64,000 bases of DNA from Woeseiaceae bacterium (GCA_049666725.1 JBATHK010000022.1:12947-76946); one strand, 5' to 3'; shown: positions 10,047-21,250, counted from the stretch's first letter. Program-made: numbers and translations. Notes: generated from the sequence alone by a model not told the origin.

Positions 10047-11408
10047 TCAAACCAGCCGCGGCAGCACGAGGCTCGCAAGGCTCAGCAGCAGGAAGAATCC
10101 GCACATGTCCGTGACCGTCGTCAGGAGCGGACCCGACGCAACGGCCGGGTCGAGCTTCATGCGCCGCAGCACGAGCGGAACCGTGCCGCCGATCGATACG
10201 GCGATAATCGTATTGGCTGCCAATGCGCCCCCAACGACCAGGCCGAGAATCAGGTTTCCTTTCCAGGCCCAGGCAGCTGCACCGAGCAACGCGCCAAGCG
10301 CCAGCCCGTTAATGAGTCCTACAATTGCTTCCTTGCGCCACACCCGCCACACGTCTTTCGGCACCGCCGCGCCGAGCGTCAATTCGCGCATGCTGACGGC
10401 GACAGCCTGGTTGCCCGAACAGCCGCTCATGTCCGAGACAATCGGAAGGAACACGGCGAGTGCAATAACCGCCGTTAGCGTGTCTTCATAGATAGCAATA
10501 ATGCTGGCCGCCATGATGTTCAGCCCGATGTTGATACTCAGCCACGCCAGGCGCCGTCGTGAGCGCACCATCACGGGCATACTTCGTAGTTCGTCGCCGC
10601 CGATAATACCTGCGGCCTTCAGGCTATCCGCCTCCGCATGCTCGGCAATCGCCTCGAGAACGGCACGCCTTCGTACGATGCCGAGCAACAAGCCGCGATC
10701 ATCAACGACCGGGACCGCAGCAATATCATGCTCGGCGAAAAATTCGTCGAGCTTTGCCATGCTCGTCTCCGGCGATACCGTAAGAGCCGGTATCGCAACC
10801 TCCCCGATCGTCTTGTTCGGGTCGGCAAAGACCAGGTCACGAAGGCGAACAACGCCCTTGAGTTTTCGCTTTTTCACGACCACGTAGATGTAGTGCACGG
10901 TCAGGAACTGGTAGTCGATGTCGTCGGCCGTCAGGTCATGAACGACGTCGCGCACCGAGCGGCTCATCGGATAAGACGCGAACTCCTTCATCATCAGGCC
11001 ACCGGCCTGTTCCGGCTCATAGGAACTCAGCTCGCGAACCTCGAGCGCATCCTCCTCGTCAAGCTCCGCGATGATTGCTTCCGCGTCATCGCTGTCCAGC
11101 TCCGCCAGCACGTCTACGCGATGGTCGCTCGCCAGCTCCCCTACGATCAGCGCCGATTCTGCCACCGACATTTCCTCGATCAGGTCTGCTGCATGGGCAT
11201 CCGGGAGATCCTCAACAATCGATGCTGCCCTGTGCGGCGTCAGCGCCGCCAGCAGTGCGCGCTGACCGTTGGGATCAAGCGCAAACATCGTATGCAGCAG
11301 AACAGACGGCTCCAGTCCGTCCAGGACCGCCTCGATCTCTGCCGGCGCAACGCCTTTCTGCAGCATTTCACTGACTTTGTCGCGAATGTCTCTTTGCTCT
11401 TCCTGCAT
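10047..11408 (-). CDS. mgtE: magnesium transporter MgtE
   Basis: 453 aa with the MgtE_N domain, a CBS pair and a C-terminal 5-TM domain carrying IVSDMSGCSGNQAVAVSMREL and PLLTTVTDMCGFFLLL. Confidence 0.93.
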   Translation of the reverse strand: MQEEQRDIRDKVSEMLQKGVAPAEIEAVLDGLEPSVLLHTMFALDPNGQRALLAALTPHRAASIVEDLPDAHAADLIEEMSVAESALIVGELASDHRVDVLAELDSDDAEAIIAELDEEDALEVRELSSYEPEQAGGLMMKEFASYPMSRSVRDVVHDLTADDIDYQFLTVHYIYVVVKKRKLKGVVRLRDLVFADPNKTIGEVAIPALTVSPETSMAKLDEFFAEHDIAAVPVVDDRGLLLGIVRRRAVLEAIAEHAEADSLKAAGIIGGDELRSMPVMVRSRRRLAWLSINIGLNIMAASIIAIYEDTLTAVIALAVFLPIVSDMSGCSGNQAVAVSMRELTLGAAVPKDVWRVWRKEAIVGLINGLALGALLGAAAWAWKGNLILGLVVGGALAANTIIAVSIGGTVPLVLRRMKLDPAVASGPLLTTVTDMCGFFLLLSLASLVLPRLV

Positions 11409-11534
11409 GTCTTCTTCCCTGTCGAGAATCGAAAATAATCGCTTCGCTTATCAGCGAAACCAACCTAGAATAGCGGCGCCTGCCCGCTTAAGTTCTCCAT
11501 ATTTGCTGCCATTTTTTGGCCAGCGTCAATAGAC

Positions 11535-12782
11535 ATGACAAAAGCCCTTGCGCCCGTCGCAATATTACTAATCAGCGTCTCGATACTTCTGACGGGGCAG
11601 GGACTGCAGGGCACGTTGCTGCCGGTCAGGGCTTCGCTCGAACACTTTTCCACGATTGCTATCGGCACAATGGGCGCGGCCTACTTTTTCGGCTTTACGG
11701 TCGGCTGCCTGAAGGGCGGAGAACTGCTGCGCCGGGTTGGGCATGTCCGGGTGTTCCTTGCGATGAGCGCGCTGGCTTCAGCCTCGCCCTTGCTGCACGG
11801 CCTGATTATCCAACCGGTCGTGTGGGGGTCGCTGCGCATGCTGACCGGTTTTTGCTTCGCGGTGCTGTACGTCGTTATCGAAAGCTGGCTGAACGAACTC
11901 GCGGATAACGAGAACCGCGGCGTCATCTTTTCAAGCTACGCGATGATAACGCTGACGGTATTTGCCGCGGGCCAGATGATGACACTGCTGTACGACCCTT
12001 CCGGATTTCAGCTCTTTATCATCGCTTCCGTCCTGGTTTCGATCGGTGCGGTACCGATCGCGCTGTCGACATCGCCGACCCCGGAACTGCCGCAACGTGT
12101 CTCGGTCGATGTGAAGCGCCTCTTCGAAATTTCTCCCTCGGGCGCGCTTGCCTGTCTTGTCACCGGACTCGCCAACGGCTCCTTTTGGGCGCTGGGCCCG
12201 GTTTATGCGACCAGCCTGACCAACACGGTGGAAATAGCGGCCTGGTTCATGACTTCCGCGGTCATCGGTGGAGCGATCGCGCAGTGGCCCCTCGGAATTC
12301 TGTCCGATGTGATCGGTCGGAGAAAGGTCCTGGTCGCAGTGTCGCTCGCCGGCGGTGTGGTCGGCCTGCTGCTGTTCCTGGCCGTGCCGGTATTGAATTT
12401 CACGACTGCGAATATCCTTGCCGCGTTTTGGGGCGCCCTCGCTTTTCCGCTGTATACATTAGCCGTCGCTTACGCCAACGACTTCGCCGAAGCGGGTGAA
12501 TATGTCATGGTCTCCAGCGGTTTATTGCTGATGTACGGCATCGGTGCAACGATTGGACCGTTTGCCGCTTCGGCGGTGATGACCATGCAGGGCACCGGCA
12601 GCCTTTTTCTGTTTACGGCACTCGTGCATGTCGCGCTCGTCGCCTACGTGATGATTCGGTTCATGCGCCGCCGCACTCAGGCCACCCAGCAAATCGCATT
12701 CAGCGACGCACTGTCCGCCGCTCAAACCGCGTCACAGGTCTTCGAAGAAGACATCCACCCACAGGCTGCGGACGACGAGTAA
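11535..12782 (+). CDS. MFS transporter
   Basis: 415 aa with about 12 predicted TM segments and an MFS-like loop motif between TM2 and TM3 (GELLRRVGHVRVF). Confidence 0.82.
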   Translation: MTKALAPVAILLISVSILLTGQGLQGTLLPVRASLEHFSTIAIGTMGAAYFFGFTVGCLKGGELLRRVGHVRVFLAMSALASASPLLHGLIIQPVVWGSLRMLTGFCFAVLYVVIESWLNELADNENRGVIFSSYAMITLTVFAAGQMMTLLYDPSGFQLFIIASVLVSIGAVPIALSTSPTPELPQRVSVDVKRLFEISPSGALACLVTGLANGSFWALGPVYATSLTNTVEIAAWFMTSAVIGGAIAQWPLGILSDVIGRRKVLVAVSLAGGVVGLLLFLAVPVLNFTTANILAAFWGALAFPLYTLAVAYANDFAEAGEYVMVSSGLLLMYGIGATIGPFAASAVMTMQGTGSLFLFTALVHVALVAYVMIRFMRRRTQATQQIAFSDALSAAQTASQVFEEDIHPQAADDE

Positions 12783-12797
12783 AGCCCGGAGCATTGT

Positions 12798-14195
12798 TTA
12801 CAAACTGCTGTAAAGGACCGCGAGAATTGCAAGTGGCGCGACAACCCGAATCATCCACAGCCACACCTTGAATAGCGCCGTACTCCCGAATGAAAGGTCT
12901 TCAGCCAGGACAGCCGGCTTTATGAGCCAGCCGACAAACACGGCCATCAGAATTCCACCCAGCGGCATCATCAGGTTGGCGGTGACGTAGTCGATCAACG
13001 CGAAAATGTTCATGTCTGCGAACGGGCGTACCGCGCTGAGCGGCGTGAAGTCGGACCAGACATTGAATGAAAACACGGTCGCGAGTCCTATCGCCCAGGC
13101 GATGACACCAAACACAATGCAGGCGCTGCGCCGGCGCATTCCCCATCTATCTTCTGCGTAGGCGACGATAGGTTCGATGATTGCGATTATCGACGTAACC
13201 GCTGCAAACGCCAGCAACAGGAAGAAGAACGAACCAAAGATCGCGCCGCCTTTCATACCGGCAAATGCAGTTGGCAAGGTGCGGAAAATCAGTCCTGGCC
13301 CCGAACCAGGGTCAAGATTGTTGGCAAAAACGAGCGGAAAAATCATCAGCCCTGCCAGAATTGCAACCAGCGTATCGGCGCCGGCGATAATCAGCGCGGA
13401 CTTTGTCAGGGATACTTCCTTTGGTACATAAGAGCCGTAGGTCATGATCAGCCCCATCGCAACGCTGATCGAAAAAAATGCCTGACCAATGGCAGTCAGA
13501 ACGATGGTGCCGTCAATTTTGCTGAAATCGGCGCTGAACAGGAAATCGACACCGGCCGCGAAGTCGCCTTCAACTGCAGCATAGCCGATCATGACAATGA
13601 GCATGACAAACAGCGCCGGCATGAGAAACTTGACGGCGCTCTCGATACCGTCGCGCAGGCCGCGACCGACAATCAGGAGCGCGATCGTAATGAATGCCGT
13701 ATGCCAGAACGCCATCGCGCCGGGATTTGCCAGTAGCTCGTCGAACTGTTGGGAAACGGTCGCGGGGTCCGCGCCGCCGAAGCCGCTCCCGGCCTTCACG
13801 ATGTAGGCCAGCGTCCAGCCGGCAATCACGCTGTAATAGGTGGCAATGAGATAGCCCACGAGCATGCCCATCCAGCCGATGACCGCCCAGGCCCTCGAGC
13901 GGCCGGCTTTGCCGGCAACGACCTGCATGGCTACGGGTGGACTCTGACCGCCACGGCGGCCCAGCCAGAGCTCCGCGATCAGTATCGGAACTGCGACAAA
14001 AACGACACAGGCCAGGTACACGAGGACAAACGCCCCGCCACCGCTGACGCCTACAACAAAAGGAAATTTCCAGATATTGCCCAGGCCGACCGCGGCGCCA
14101 ACTGCCGCAAGTATGAACGTGAACCCGGAGGACCAGGTCTGATTGCTGTCGCTCGGAACCGCATTTCTCATCGGCTTCACCCCAGAATGCCTCAT
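12798..14195 (-). CDS. sodium-dependent transporter (NSS/SNF family)
   Basis: GFTFILAAVGAAVGLGNIWKFPF is the NSS signature. Start trimmed to ATG 14195 (MRHSGVKPM...), with 14171 as an alternative. The first 146 codons of the listed ORF overlap the divergent adaptor gene and look non-coding. Confidence 0.85.
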   Translation of the reverse strand: MRHSGVKPMRNAVPSDSNQTWSSGFTFILAAVGAAVGLGNIWKFPFVVGVSGGGAFVLVYLACVVFVAVPILIAELWLGRRGGQSPPVAMQVVAGKAGRSRAWAVIGWMGMLVGYLIATYYSVIAGWTLAYIVKAGSGFGGADPATVSQQFDELLANPGAMAFWHTAFITIALLIVGRGLRDGIESAVKFLMPALFVMLIVMIGYAAVEGDFAAGVDFLFSADFSKIDGTIVLTAIGQAFFSISVAMGLIMTYGSYVPKEVSLTKSALIIAGADTLVAILAGLMIFPLVFANNLDPGSGPGLIFRTLPTAFAGMKGGAIFGSFFFLLLAFAAVTSIIAIIEPIVAYAEDRWGMRRRSACIVFGVIAWAIGLATVFSFNVWSDFTPLSAVRPFADMNIFALIDYVTANLMMPLGGILMAVFVGWLIKPAVLAEDLSFGSTALFKVWLWMIRVVAPLAILAVLYSSL

Positions 14196-14246
14196 TATTT
14201 TGCTACGATTGCCGGCCGCGCACGCAAAAACAAGCAATGGCAAGAC

Positions 14247-15473
14247 ATGGCGGACTCTGCAGATAAAATAAGCCAGCTGAAGATCGATCGCAATGCGCCA
14301 GCTTCGACCGGCCGTGGCTGGATGTGGCCCGCTGCCGCCCTGGCCGTCGTCGGCATCATCGTGATCTGGTGGCTGTTCTTCAGCCCCGGATCCTCGGCCG
14401 TGCTCGTCGAATCCGATATCGCGCGCAAGCCACCCAGCGTCGCGGCGGCCAACAGCGTGCTCGACGCATCCGGCTACGTCGTTGCACGACGCGAGGCAAC
14501 CGTATCCTCGAAGGTTACCGGCAAAGTCGTCGAGGTCCTGGTCGAAGAAGGTATGCGCGTCGAGCAAGACCAGGTTGTAGCCAGGCTTGACGATACGACT
14601 CAGCAGGCACAGCTCTCGCTGGCACGAGCGCAAGCGCAGTCGTCGCGCGCCGCGCTGCAGGAAATTGAAGCTGGTTTACGCAATGCCCGGCTTGAGCGAG
14701 ACAGGCTTCGTGACCTCGGAAAACGGAAGCTGACCAGTCAAGCCAGTGTTGATGCAGCGGATGCGACGTTCGACCAGTTAGCCGCTCGACTCGAAACGGG
14801 GCGCGAGAACGTTACTGTGGCGGAACGTAACGTCGAGCTGGCCCGCGACTCACTGTCCAACATGACCATCAAAGCACCGTTTGCCGGCATGGTCGTGTCG
14901 AAGAATGCGCAGCCGGGCGAGATGATCTCACCGATTTCAGCCGGTGGCGGCTTTACGCGAACCGGTATCTGCACAATCATCGACACCGACTCGCTCGAGA
15001 TCGAAGTCGATGTCAATGAAGCCTATATACAGAGAGTGAAAGCAGGCCAGTCGGTTTCGGCAACTCTGGACGCTTATTCGGATTGGCGCATCCCTGCCGA
15101 AGTGATCGCCATAATACCGACAGCCGATCGGCAGAAAGCAACGGTCAAGGTTCGGATAGGTTTCCTGGAACGGGATGAACGAGTGCTGCGCGACATGGGC
15201 GTTAAGGTCGCGTTTCTCGGTGCCGAGACGCCGGCCGAAACGCCGCAGGAAATCGGCGGCGTAATGATTGCCGGTGAGGCGCTGCGCTCTGATGCCGGCG
15301 GCGACTTCGTGTGGCTGCTGCGTAACAATGTTGTCGAGAAACGTGCCGTACAGCTTGGCGGTCAAAGGGACCGGCCGCGGGTACTGATCGTAAACGGACT
15401 AAGCGTCGGCGATACGATCGTTCGTTCGTCCGAGGCGCCGCTGGTCGAAGGCCAGCTGATAAAAACCAATTAA
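14247..15473 (+). CDS. efflux periplasmic adaptor subunit (HlyD/MacA-like)
   Basis: Start set at ATG 14247 (MADSADKISQLK...), followed by a TM anchor (WPAAALAVVGIIVIWWLFF), a lipoyl-like segment, a coiled coil (AQLSLARAQAQSSRAALQEIEAGLRNARLERDRL) and a beta-barrel domain. Followed by ABC genes. Confidence 0.85.
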   Translation: MADSADKISQLKIDRNAPASTGRGWMWPAAALAVVGIIVIWWLFFSPGSSAVLVESDIARKPPSVAAANSVLDASGYVVARREATVSSKVTGKVVEVLVEEGMRVEQDQVVARLDDTTQQAQLSLARAQAQSSRAALQEIEAGLRNARLERDRLRDLGKRKLTSQASVDAADATFDQLAARLETGRENVTVAERNVELARDSLSNMTIKAPFAGMVVSKNAQPGEMISPISAGGGFTRTGICTIIDTDSLEIEVDVNEAYIQRVKAGQSVSATLDAYSDWRIPAEVIAIIPTADRQKATVKVRIGFLERDERVLRDMGVKVAFLGAETPAETPQEIGGVMIAGEALRSDAGGDFVWLLRNNVVEKRAVQLGGQRDRPRVLIVNGLSVGDTIVRSSEAPLVEGQLIKTN

Positions 15474-15485
15474 GAGGAGCAGACG

Positions 15486-16171
<686 letters not shown>

Positions 16172-16175
<4 letters not shown>

Positions 16176-17329
16176 AGTACTTTCGCCTTGTCTGGAAGAA
16201 CGCCTGGCGCAAGAAGATCCGCACTTCGCTGACTATCCTCTCGGTGTTCGTGGCGTTCCTGCTATTTGCGTTGCTCTCGGCGATTGGCTATGCATTTCGA
16301 GGCGGCGTTGACGTCGCCGATGCCGAGCGGCTGATAATTATTGACAAGATCTCGCTCATCAATCCGCTGCCAATGAGTTACATGAACCGCGTCGCTGCCA
16401 CCGACGGGGTGGAATCGGTCACACACGCAAGCTGGTTCGGCGGCTATTACCAGGAACCCCGTAATCAGTTCGGGCAATTCCCCGTGGATCCGCAGTCTTA
16501 TTTCGACATGTACCCGGAATTCAATATGCCTGCCGAGCAGCTCGAGGCGTTCAAGCGCAACCGAACCGGCGCTGTCGTCGGCAAGGAACTCGCGGACACC
16601 TACGGCTGGAAGGTCGGTGACCGGATCCCGCTGCAGGCCACGATCTGGACCAAGGCCGACGGTGGTCGAACCTGGGAGTTTGACCTGGAGGGTATTTTCT
16701 CGGCGGATGACGCACGCGGCAGCACGGCGCTGATGCTGTTCCAGTACGACTACTTCGAAGAGGCCAGGGCGTTCGCCAAAGGAACCGTCGGCTGGTACAT
16801 CCTGAGGGTTGCCAAGGGCGCCGACCCTGTGCGCGTAGCCAACGCGATCGACCTGCAGTTTGCGAATTCGCCCAACGAGACCAAGACCAGCACCGAGGCT
16901 GCCTTCGCGCAGTCTTTTACCAAGCAGTTCGGCAATATCGCGCTGATCGTAACGCTGATCCTTGGTGCCGTGTTCTTCACGCTTTTGCTCGTGTCCGGCA
17001 ACACGATGTCGCAGTCGGTTCGCGAAAGAATTTCCGAGCTTGCGGTTCTGAAAACGCTGGGTTTCGGCGATCGGACAGTGCTCGGCATCGTATTGTCAGA
17101 GTCTATTCTGATCATGCTCCTGGGTGGCCTGCTTGGCCTCGGCCTGGGATGGCTGATTGTGCAGGGGCTTGCAAAGGAGATGGGCGCGTTTTTACCCGGC
17201 GTTTTCCTCTCCCCCACCGCGATAGCCGGCGGGGTGGCCATGATGATCGTCGCCGGCATACTCGCAGGAATTTTTCCTGCGCTGAAAGCGATGCGCCTGT
17301 CGATCATCGAAGCGCTGGCACGAGCCTAG
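16172..17329 (+). CDS. ABC transporter permease (FtsX/MacB-type)
   Basis: 385 aa with an N-terminal TM, a periplasmic domain and a C-terminal FtsX-like 3-TM bundle. 4-nt overlap with the ATPase gene. Confidence 0.85.
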
Positions 17330-17339
17330 GAGACCCAGT

Positions 17340-18524
17340 ATGCGCGGACTAAGACAAATATTTGCCGTCACCTGGCTAAACCTTCGTAACCTCCCGCAGC
17401 GTACCGGCTCATCGGTGGTTGCCGTGATCGGCGTCGCGTCGGTTGTGCTGGTTTTTGCCGCAGTCCTGTCGATGGCCAAAGGATTTGAACGGACGTTAAT
17501 TTCTGCCGGCTCCGACGATACTGCGATCATCATGCGCAGCGGTTCGACGTCGGAACTCAACAGCGGAATTTCCAATGATCAGGCACTGATCATCGCCAAT
17601 TCACCGGGCGTACTGAAGGACGGCGATACTGCGGTCATGTCTGCCGAACTGTATGTCATCGTGGACTTAAAAAAGAAATCCAGCAAGAGCGACGCCAACG
17701 TACCGTTTCGCGGCGTTCAGCCGGGCGCATTCGCGGTACGCAACGGCGTGACCCTCGTCGAGGGCCGCATGTTCGAAACCGGCAGGAACGAAATTATCGT
17801 TGGCCGCGCTGCGCAGCAGGAGTTCGAAGGGCTCGACACCGGATCGACAATGCGTTTCGGCCAGACCGAGTGGCGTATCGTCGGCGTATTCGAGGCTAAT
17901 GGCGGCGTGTCCGAGTCCGAACTCTGGACCGACGTCATTACCCTGCAGAACGCCTATCGTCGCGGCAACTCTTTCCAGTCCGTGCGCGTCAGGCTGCAAA
18001 GTACCGGCAGCCTGCAGGAGCTCAAGGACTCCCTTGAAGCGGACCCGAGAATCGATCCGGATGTCATGAGCGAAAAAGAATACTACTCCAGCCAGGCTGC
18101 TCCGTTGAGTCGGTTCATCAAGCTCATCGGCTATCCCCTGACGATTTTGATGTCGATTGGCGCGGTATTCGGTGCGCTTAATTCGATGTACTCATCGGTG
18201 TCAGTGCGTGGCAAGGAAATTGCAACACTGCGGGCATTGGGATTCGGCCCGATCTCGATCCTGTTTTCAACAATGATCGAATCGACGTTGCTCGCGCTGG
18301 CCGGCGGTGTGTTGGGAGGCATACTCGCCTACCTTGTGTTTAACGGCTTCCAGGTATCGACTTTGGGTGCCAGTTTCAGCCAGGTCGTTTTCGACTTTGC
18401 GGTGACACCCGACCTGCTTGTCGACGGTCTCTACGCCGCGTTAATTATCGGCGCATTCGGCGGCCTGTTTCCGGCGATTCGTGCCGCGCGGTTGCCGGTC
18501 GCACAGGCGCTGCGCGAACTTTAG
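17340..18524 (+). CDS. ABC transporter permease (FtsX/MacB-type), second copy
   Basis: 394 aa with the same architecture as the preceding permease (RALGFGPISILFSTMIESTLLALAGGVLG). Confidence 0.85.
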   Translation: MRGLRQIFAVTWLNLRNLPQRTGSSVVAVIGVASVVLVFAAVLSMAKGFERTLISAGSDDTAIIMRSGSTSELNSGISNDQALIIANSPGVLKDGDTAVMSAELYVIVDLKKKSSKSDANVPFRGVQPGAFAVRNGVTLVEGRMFETGRNEIIVGRAAQQEFEGLDTGSTMRFGQTEWRIVGVFEANGGVSESELWTDVITLQNAYRRGNSFQSVRVRLQSTGSLQELKDSLEADPRIDPDVMSEKEYYSSQAAPLSRFIKLIGYPLTILMSIGAVFGALNSMYSSVSVRGKEIATLRALGFGPISILFSTMIESTLLALAGGVLGGILAYLVFNGFQVSTLGASFSQVVFDFAVTPDLLVDGLYAALIIGAFGGLFPAIRAARLPVAQALREL

Positions 18525-18542
18525 GCCCGCCTGTATCGCGCT

Positions 18543-19364
18543 TCAGAATGACTGACACTGCGGACAGACGAATATATTGCGGCTGCCCATCGTAAGTCGT
18601 TCGATCGTCCGGCCACATTCGTAACAGGCGAGACCTTCGCGACCGAAAACCTGGAAACGATACTGCTGGTAGGTCATGCCACTGGCTTTGCGTCCTTTCG
18701 CTGCTTTAGGCGGCGCCGTCACGCCGCGCGTTCTGTAGGAGCGGCGAGATATTGTCAGTGTCTGGCTCGCGACCTTGCGAAGCGATACAGCGTCGAGTTG
18801 CGCCGGTTTCGTCGTCGGGTCGAGCCGCGCTGCCCACAGAATCTCCGATCGCAGGTAGTTGCCAATACCGGCAAGAAATGCCTGGTCGAGGTACAGCTGC
18901 CCCAGCGCACGATTGCGGAAAGTCGGCGACCGGAGGCGCTCGACAACCTGGTCCGCTGTAAGACTCGGATCGAGTATGTCCGGACCGGCACGATTCAGAA
19001 ACGGGTGGAGCGCAAGGCCGCGCTCTGTCAAAACCTCGATATCCGATGCGCTGTACAAGAGCGCGCTGTGCGTCGGCGTATGCAGCGCGACGCGCAGCTG
19101 TCGACCGGTTTCGGGTAGTTTCGGCCGCCGGGTCGTATACCACCGGCCGTATAGCTGGTTATGGCTGTACATGGTGAGTCCGTTGTCGAAACGCGTCAGC
19201 ATGGCTTTGCCGCGCGTATCAATTGCCGTGACAGAACTTCCGGTCAGACGGCTCTCAAATCGACTGATTTTGGGAAGCAGCAGGGATGCAGCGACGATCG
19301 GCTGGCCAACCAGCACCCTGGCAACGCGGTCGGCTGCGAGCCGGATTTCGGGACCTTCCGGCAT
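18543..19364 (-). CDS. nei: endonuclease VIII (Nei, Fpg/Nei family DNA glycosylase)
   Basis: MPEGPEIR N-terminus, TRGKAMLT, YSHNQLYG, LLYSASDIEVL, LLDQAFLAGIGNYLRSEILW and a C-terminal CxxC...CxxC zinc finger track E. coli Nei closely. Confidence 0.87.
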   Translation of the reverse strand: MPEGPEIRLAADRVARVLVGQPIVAASLLLPKISRFESRLTGSSVTAIDTRGKAMLTRFDNGLTMYSHNQLYGRWYTTRRPKLPETGRQLRVALHTPTHSALLYSASDIEVLTERGLALHPFLNRAGPDILDPSLTADQVVERLRSPTFRNRALGQLYLDQAFLAGIGNYLRSEILWAARLDPTTKPAQLDAVSLRKVASQTLTISRRSYRTRGVTAPPKAAKGRKASGMTYQQYRFQVFGREGLACYECGRTIERLTMGSRNIFVCPQCQSF

Positions 19365-19480
19365 CTAAAACCCGTCCAATCCGCCAGTCGCCCGACACTT
19401 GATAGTTTTTTTGGCACCAGCCATGCTGTGCTCCCCTGGCAATTCAAAGCGCTGACGCATCAGCACAGGAATTACAAATC

Positions 19481-20521
19481 GTGGATTTACTCAATAACTA
19501 CCTTGTCGAAGCGTCCAGATTCCTGCCTGTGCTCGGTGCGATCATCGCGGTCGTGGCGGTCCTGTTTTTCGTCGACCGCATCCTGAAACGTCGCTGGAAA
19601 GATAACCCGGACGCACAGTTTCGTTTTCAACTCATCATGCTGGCACTGACGTTCGCCGGCTTGCTTTCGATTATCCTCGCATTACCGGTAAGCGTAGAGA
19701 CTCGCGGTCAGTTGCTGAGTCTGATCGGCATTTTGCTCAGCGCCGCGATAGCACTCTCCTCGACGACGTTCATCGGCAACATCATGGCCGGCATCATGCT
19801 GAAAGCTGTGAAGAGCGCCCGGCCGGGCGACTTCATCACGGTGGCCGAGCTTACCGGACGAATCACCGAGATGGGCCTGCTGCACACCGAAGTACAGACC
19901 GAGTTCCGGGACCTTGTTACGGTGCCCAACCTGTACATGGTGACGCAGCCGATGCAGGTCGTGCGTGCTTCCGGCACGATCATCACGGCCGAGGTCTCGC
20001 TGGGCTACGATGTGTCGCATGTCAACGTCTCTCGAATCTTGTGTGAAGCCGCCACTCACGCCGACCTCAAGGATGCCTTCGTGCACGTGCGGCAGCTGGG
20101 CGATTTCTCCATAACCTATCGCGTCGCCGGCGTCCTGGAAGACGTCAAGAGCTTGATCTCGGCACGCTCCCGACTGAGAGAGGCCGTGCTCGATTCGCTG
20201 CATGCCGCCGGCATCGAAATCGTATCGCCGAATTTCATGAATACCCGCGCGATTGCCGAAGGGAAGATATTCATCCCCGAGCCAACGCGCAAGGTAGCGG
20301 AAGAAAAGGCCACGCAAGCCGAGGATGTGGTATTCGACAAGGCCGAGGAGGCCGCCTCAGCCGAGCAAATTCGCAAGTCGATCGAGCTCGTCGACGTCGA
20401 GATCAAGGCGTTAAAGGAGCAAAAGACGGATGTCGCCGACGCCAGCGTGGAAAAACTCACGGCGAGGAAAGAGCACCTGATTCAGCGGCTCAGAAACGCC
20501 GAAGAGCAGCTCAAAGACTGA
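19481..20521 (+). CDS. mechanosensitive ion channel family protein
   Basis: 346 aa with a GTG start. TM helices are followed by the MscS-type beta domain (RPGDFITVAELTGRITEMGLLHTEVQT) and a charged C-terminal tail. Confidence 0.8.
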   Translation: MDLLNNYLVEASRFLPVLGAIIAVVAVLFFVDRILKRRWKDNPDAQFRFQLIMLALTFAGLLSIILALPVSVETRGQLLSLIGILLSAAIALSSTTFIGNIMAGIMLKAVKSARPGDFITVAELTGRITEMGLLHTEVQTEFRDLVTVPNLYMVTQPMQVVRASGTIITAEVSLGYDVSHVNVSRILCEAATHADLKDAFVHVRQLGDFSITYRVAGVLEDVKSLISARSRLREAVLDSLHAAGIEIVSPNFMNTRAIAEGKIFIPEPTRKVAEEKATQAEDVVFDKAEEAASAEQIRKSIELVDVEIKALKEQKTDVADASVEKLTARKEHLIQRLRNAEEQLKD

Positions 20522-20555
20522 AGTCCATCCACCTCGTCCGCAGCGACGCCGAGTC

Positions 20556-21095
20556 TCAGCCGCCGAGCGCCGCCTTTATTTGCGCGACGAGCTTCTTATC
20601 TTCCGGCTGCGTGCGTGGGCTGAATTCGGCAATGAGCTTGCCGTCGCGGCCGATCAGGTACTTGTGAAAATTCCACGTCGGGTAGGTACCGGAAGCGGCA
20701 GCCAGCCGATCGAACAACGGATGGGCTTTACCCTCCTTCACGGTGACCTTTTCAAACATCGGGAACTTGACCTTGTACGTCAGGCGGCAGAACTCCTGGA
20801 TCTCTGCCTCGGTACCCGGCTCCTGCCCGAAAAAATCATTCGAGGGAAAACCAAGCACGACAAAACCGTCGTCGCCATAGTCCTGGTACAGCTTTTCCAG
20901 ACCGTCGTACTGCGGCGTGTTGCCGCACTTGGACGCGGTGTTCACGACCAGTACAACTTTTCCTACGTAGGCTTCACCAAGATTTACGACTTCGTCGGAC
21001 GCCAGGCGACGAAAATCCTGGTCAAGCAGGATGTTGTCGGACGCTGCGGAAAATGTTGTAGCCATGAGTAACAGTACTCCTGCCAGGTAACGCAT
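20556..21095 (-). CDS. glutathione peroxidase (Cys-type, with signal peptide)
   Basis: VLVVNTASKCGNTPQY and LGFPSNDFFGQEPG are GPx signatures. Hydrophobic N-terminal signal sequence. Confidence 0.9.
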   Translation of the reverse strand: MRYLAGVLLLMATTFSAASDNILLDQDFRRLASDEVVNLGEAYVGKVVLVVNTASKCGNTPQYDGLEKLYQDYGDDGFVVLGFPSNDFFGQEPGTEAEIQEFCRLTYKVKFPMFEKVTVKEGKAHPLFDRLAAASGTYPTWNFHKYLIGRDGKLIAEFSPRTQPEDKKLVAQIKAALGG

Positions 21096-21250
21096 ATTGG
21101 AAACTCCAAAAAGTGACGCGACCGATCAAGGACGCAGTTGGTTCGATGCTTGTATAGTGCTCTCTGACAGCAGTCTGTGCCAGCGTATCACTGTAACAAG
21201 TCGTAACAGCATTAGATCTGGCGCGTAACCGCCGGTAGGGTAAAAAGACC

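Noticed and set aside
11409-11534. Possible M-box (Mg2+) riboswitch upstream of mgtE
   Set aside because: The leader is only 126 bp and is shared with a divergent MFS promoter, which is too short for an M-box as I remember it. I see no M-box-like conserved segments, only a small TTCGCT-N4-AGCGAA hairpin.
13749-14633. About 880-nt mutual overlap of the listed 611-aa NSS ORF and the 574-aa adaptor ORF
   Set aside because: The recognisable domains start at 14195/14171 (minus strand) and 14247 (plus strand). The overlapping N-terminal extensions are low complexity and have internal ATGs at the right positions, so they are over-extended ORF calls.
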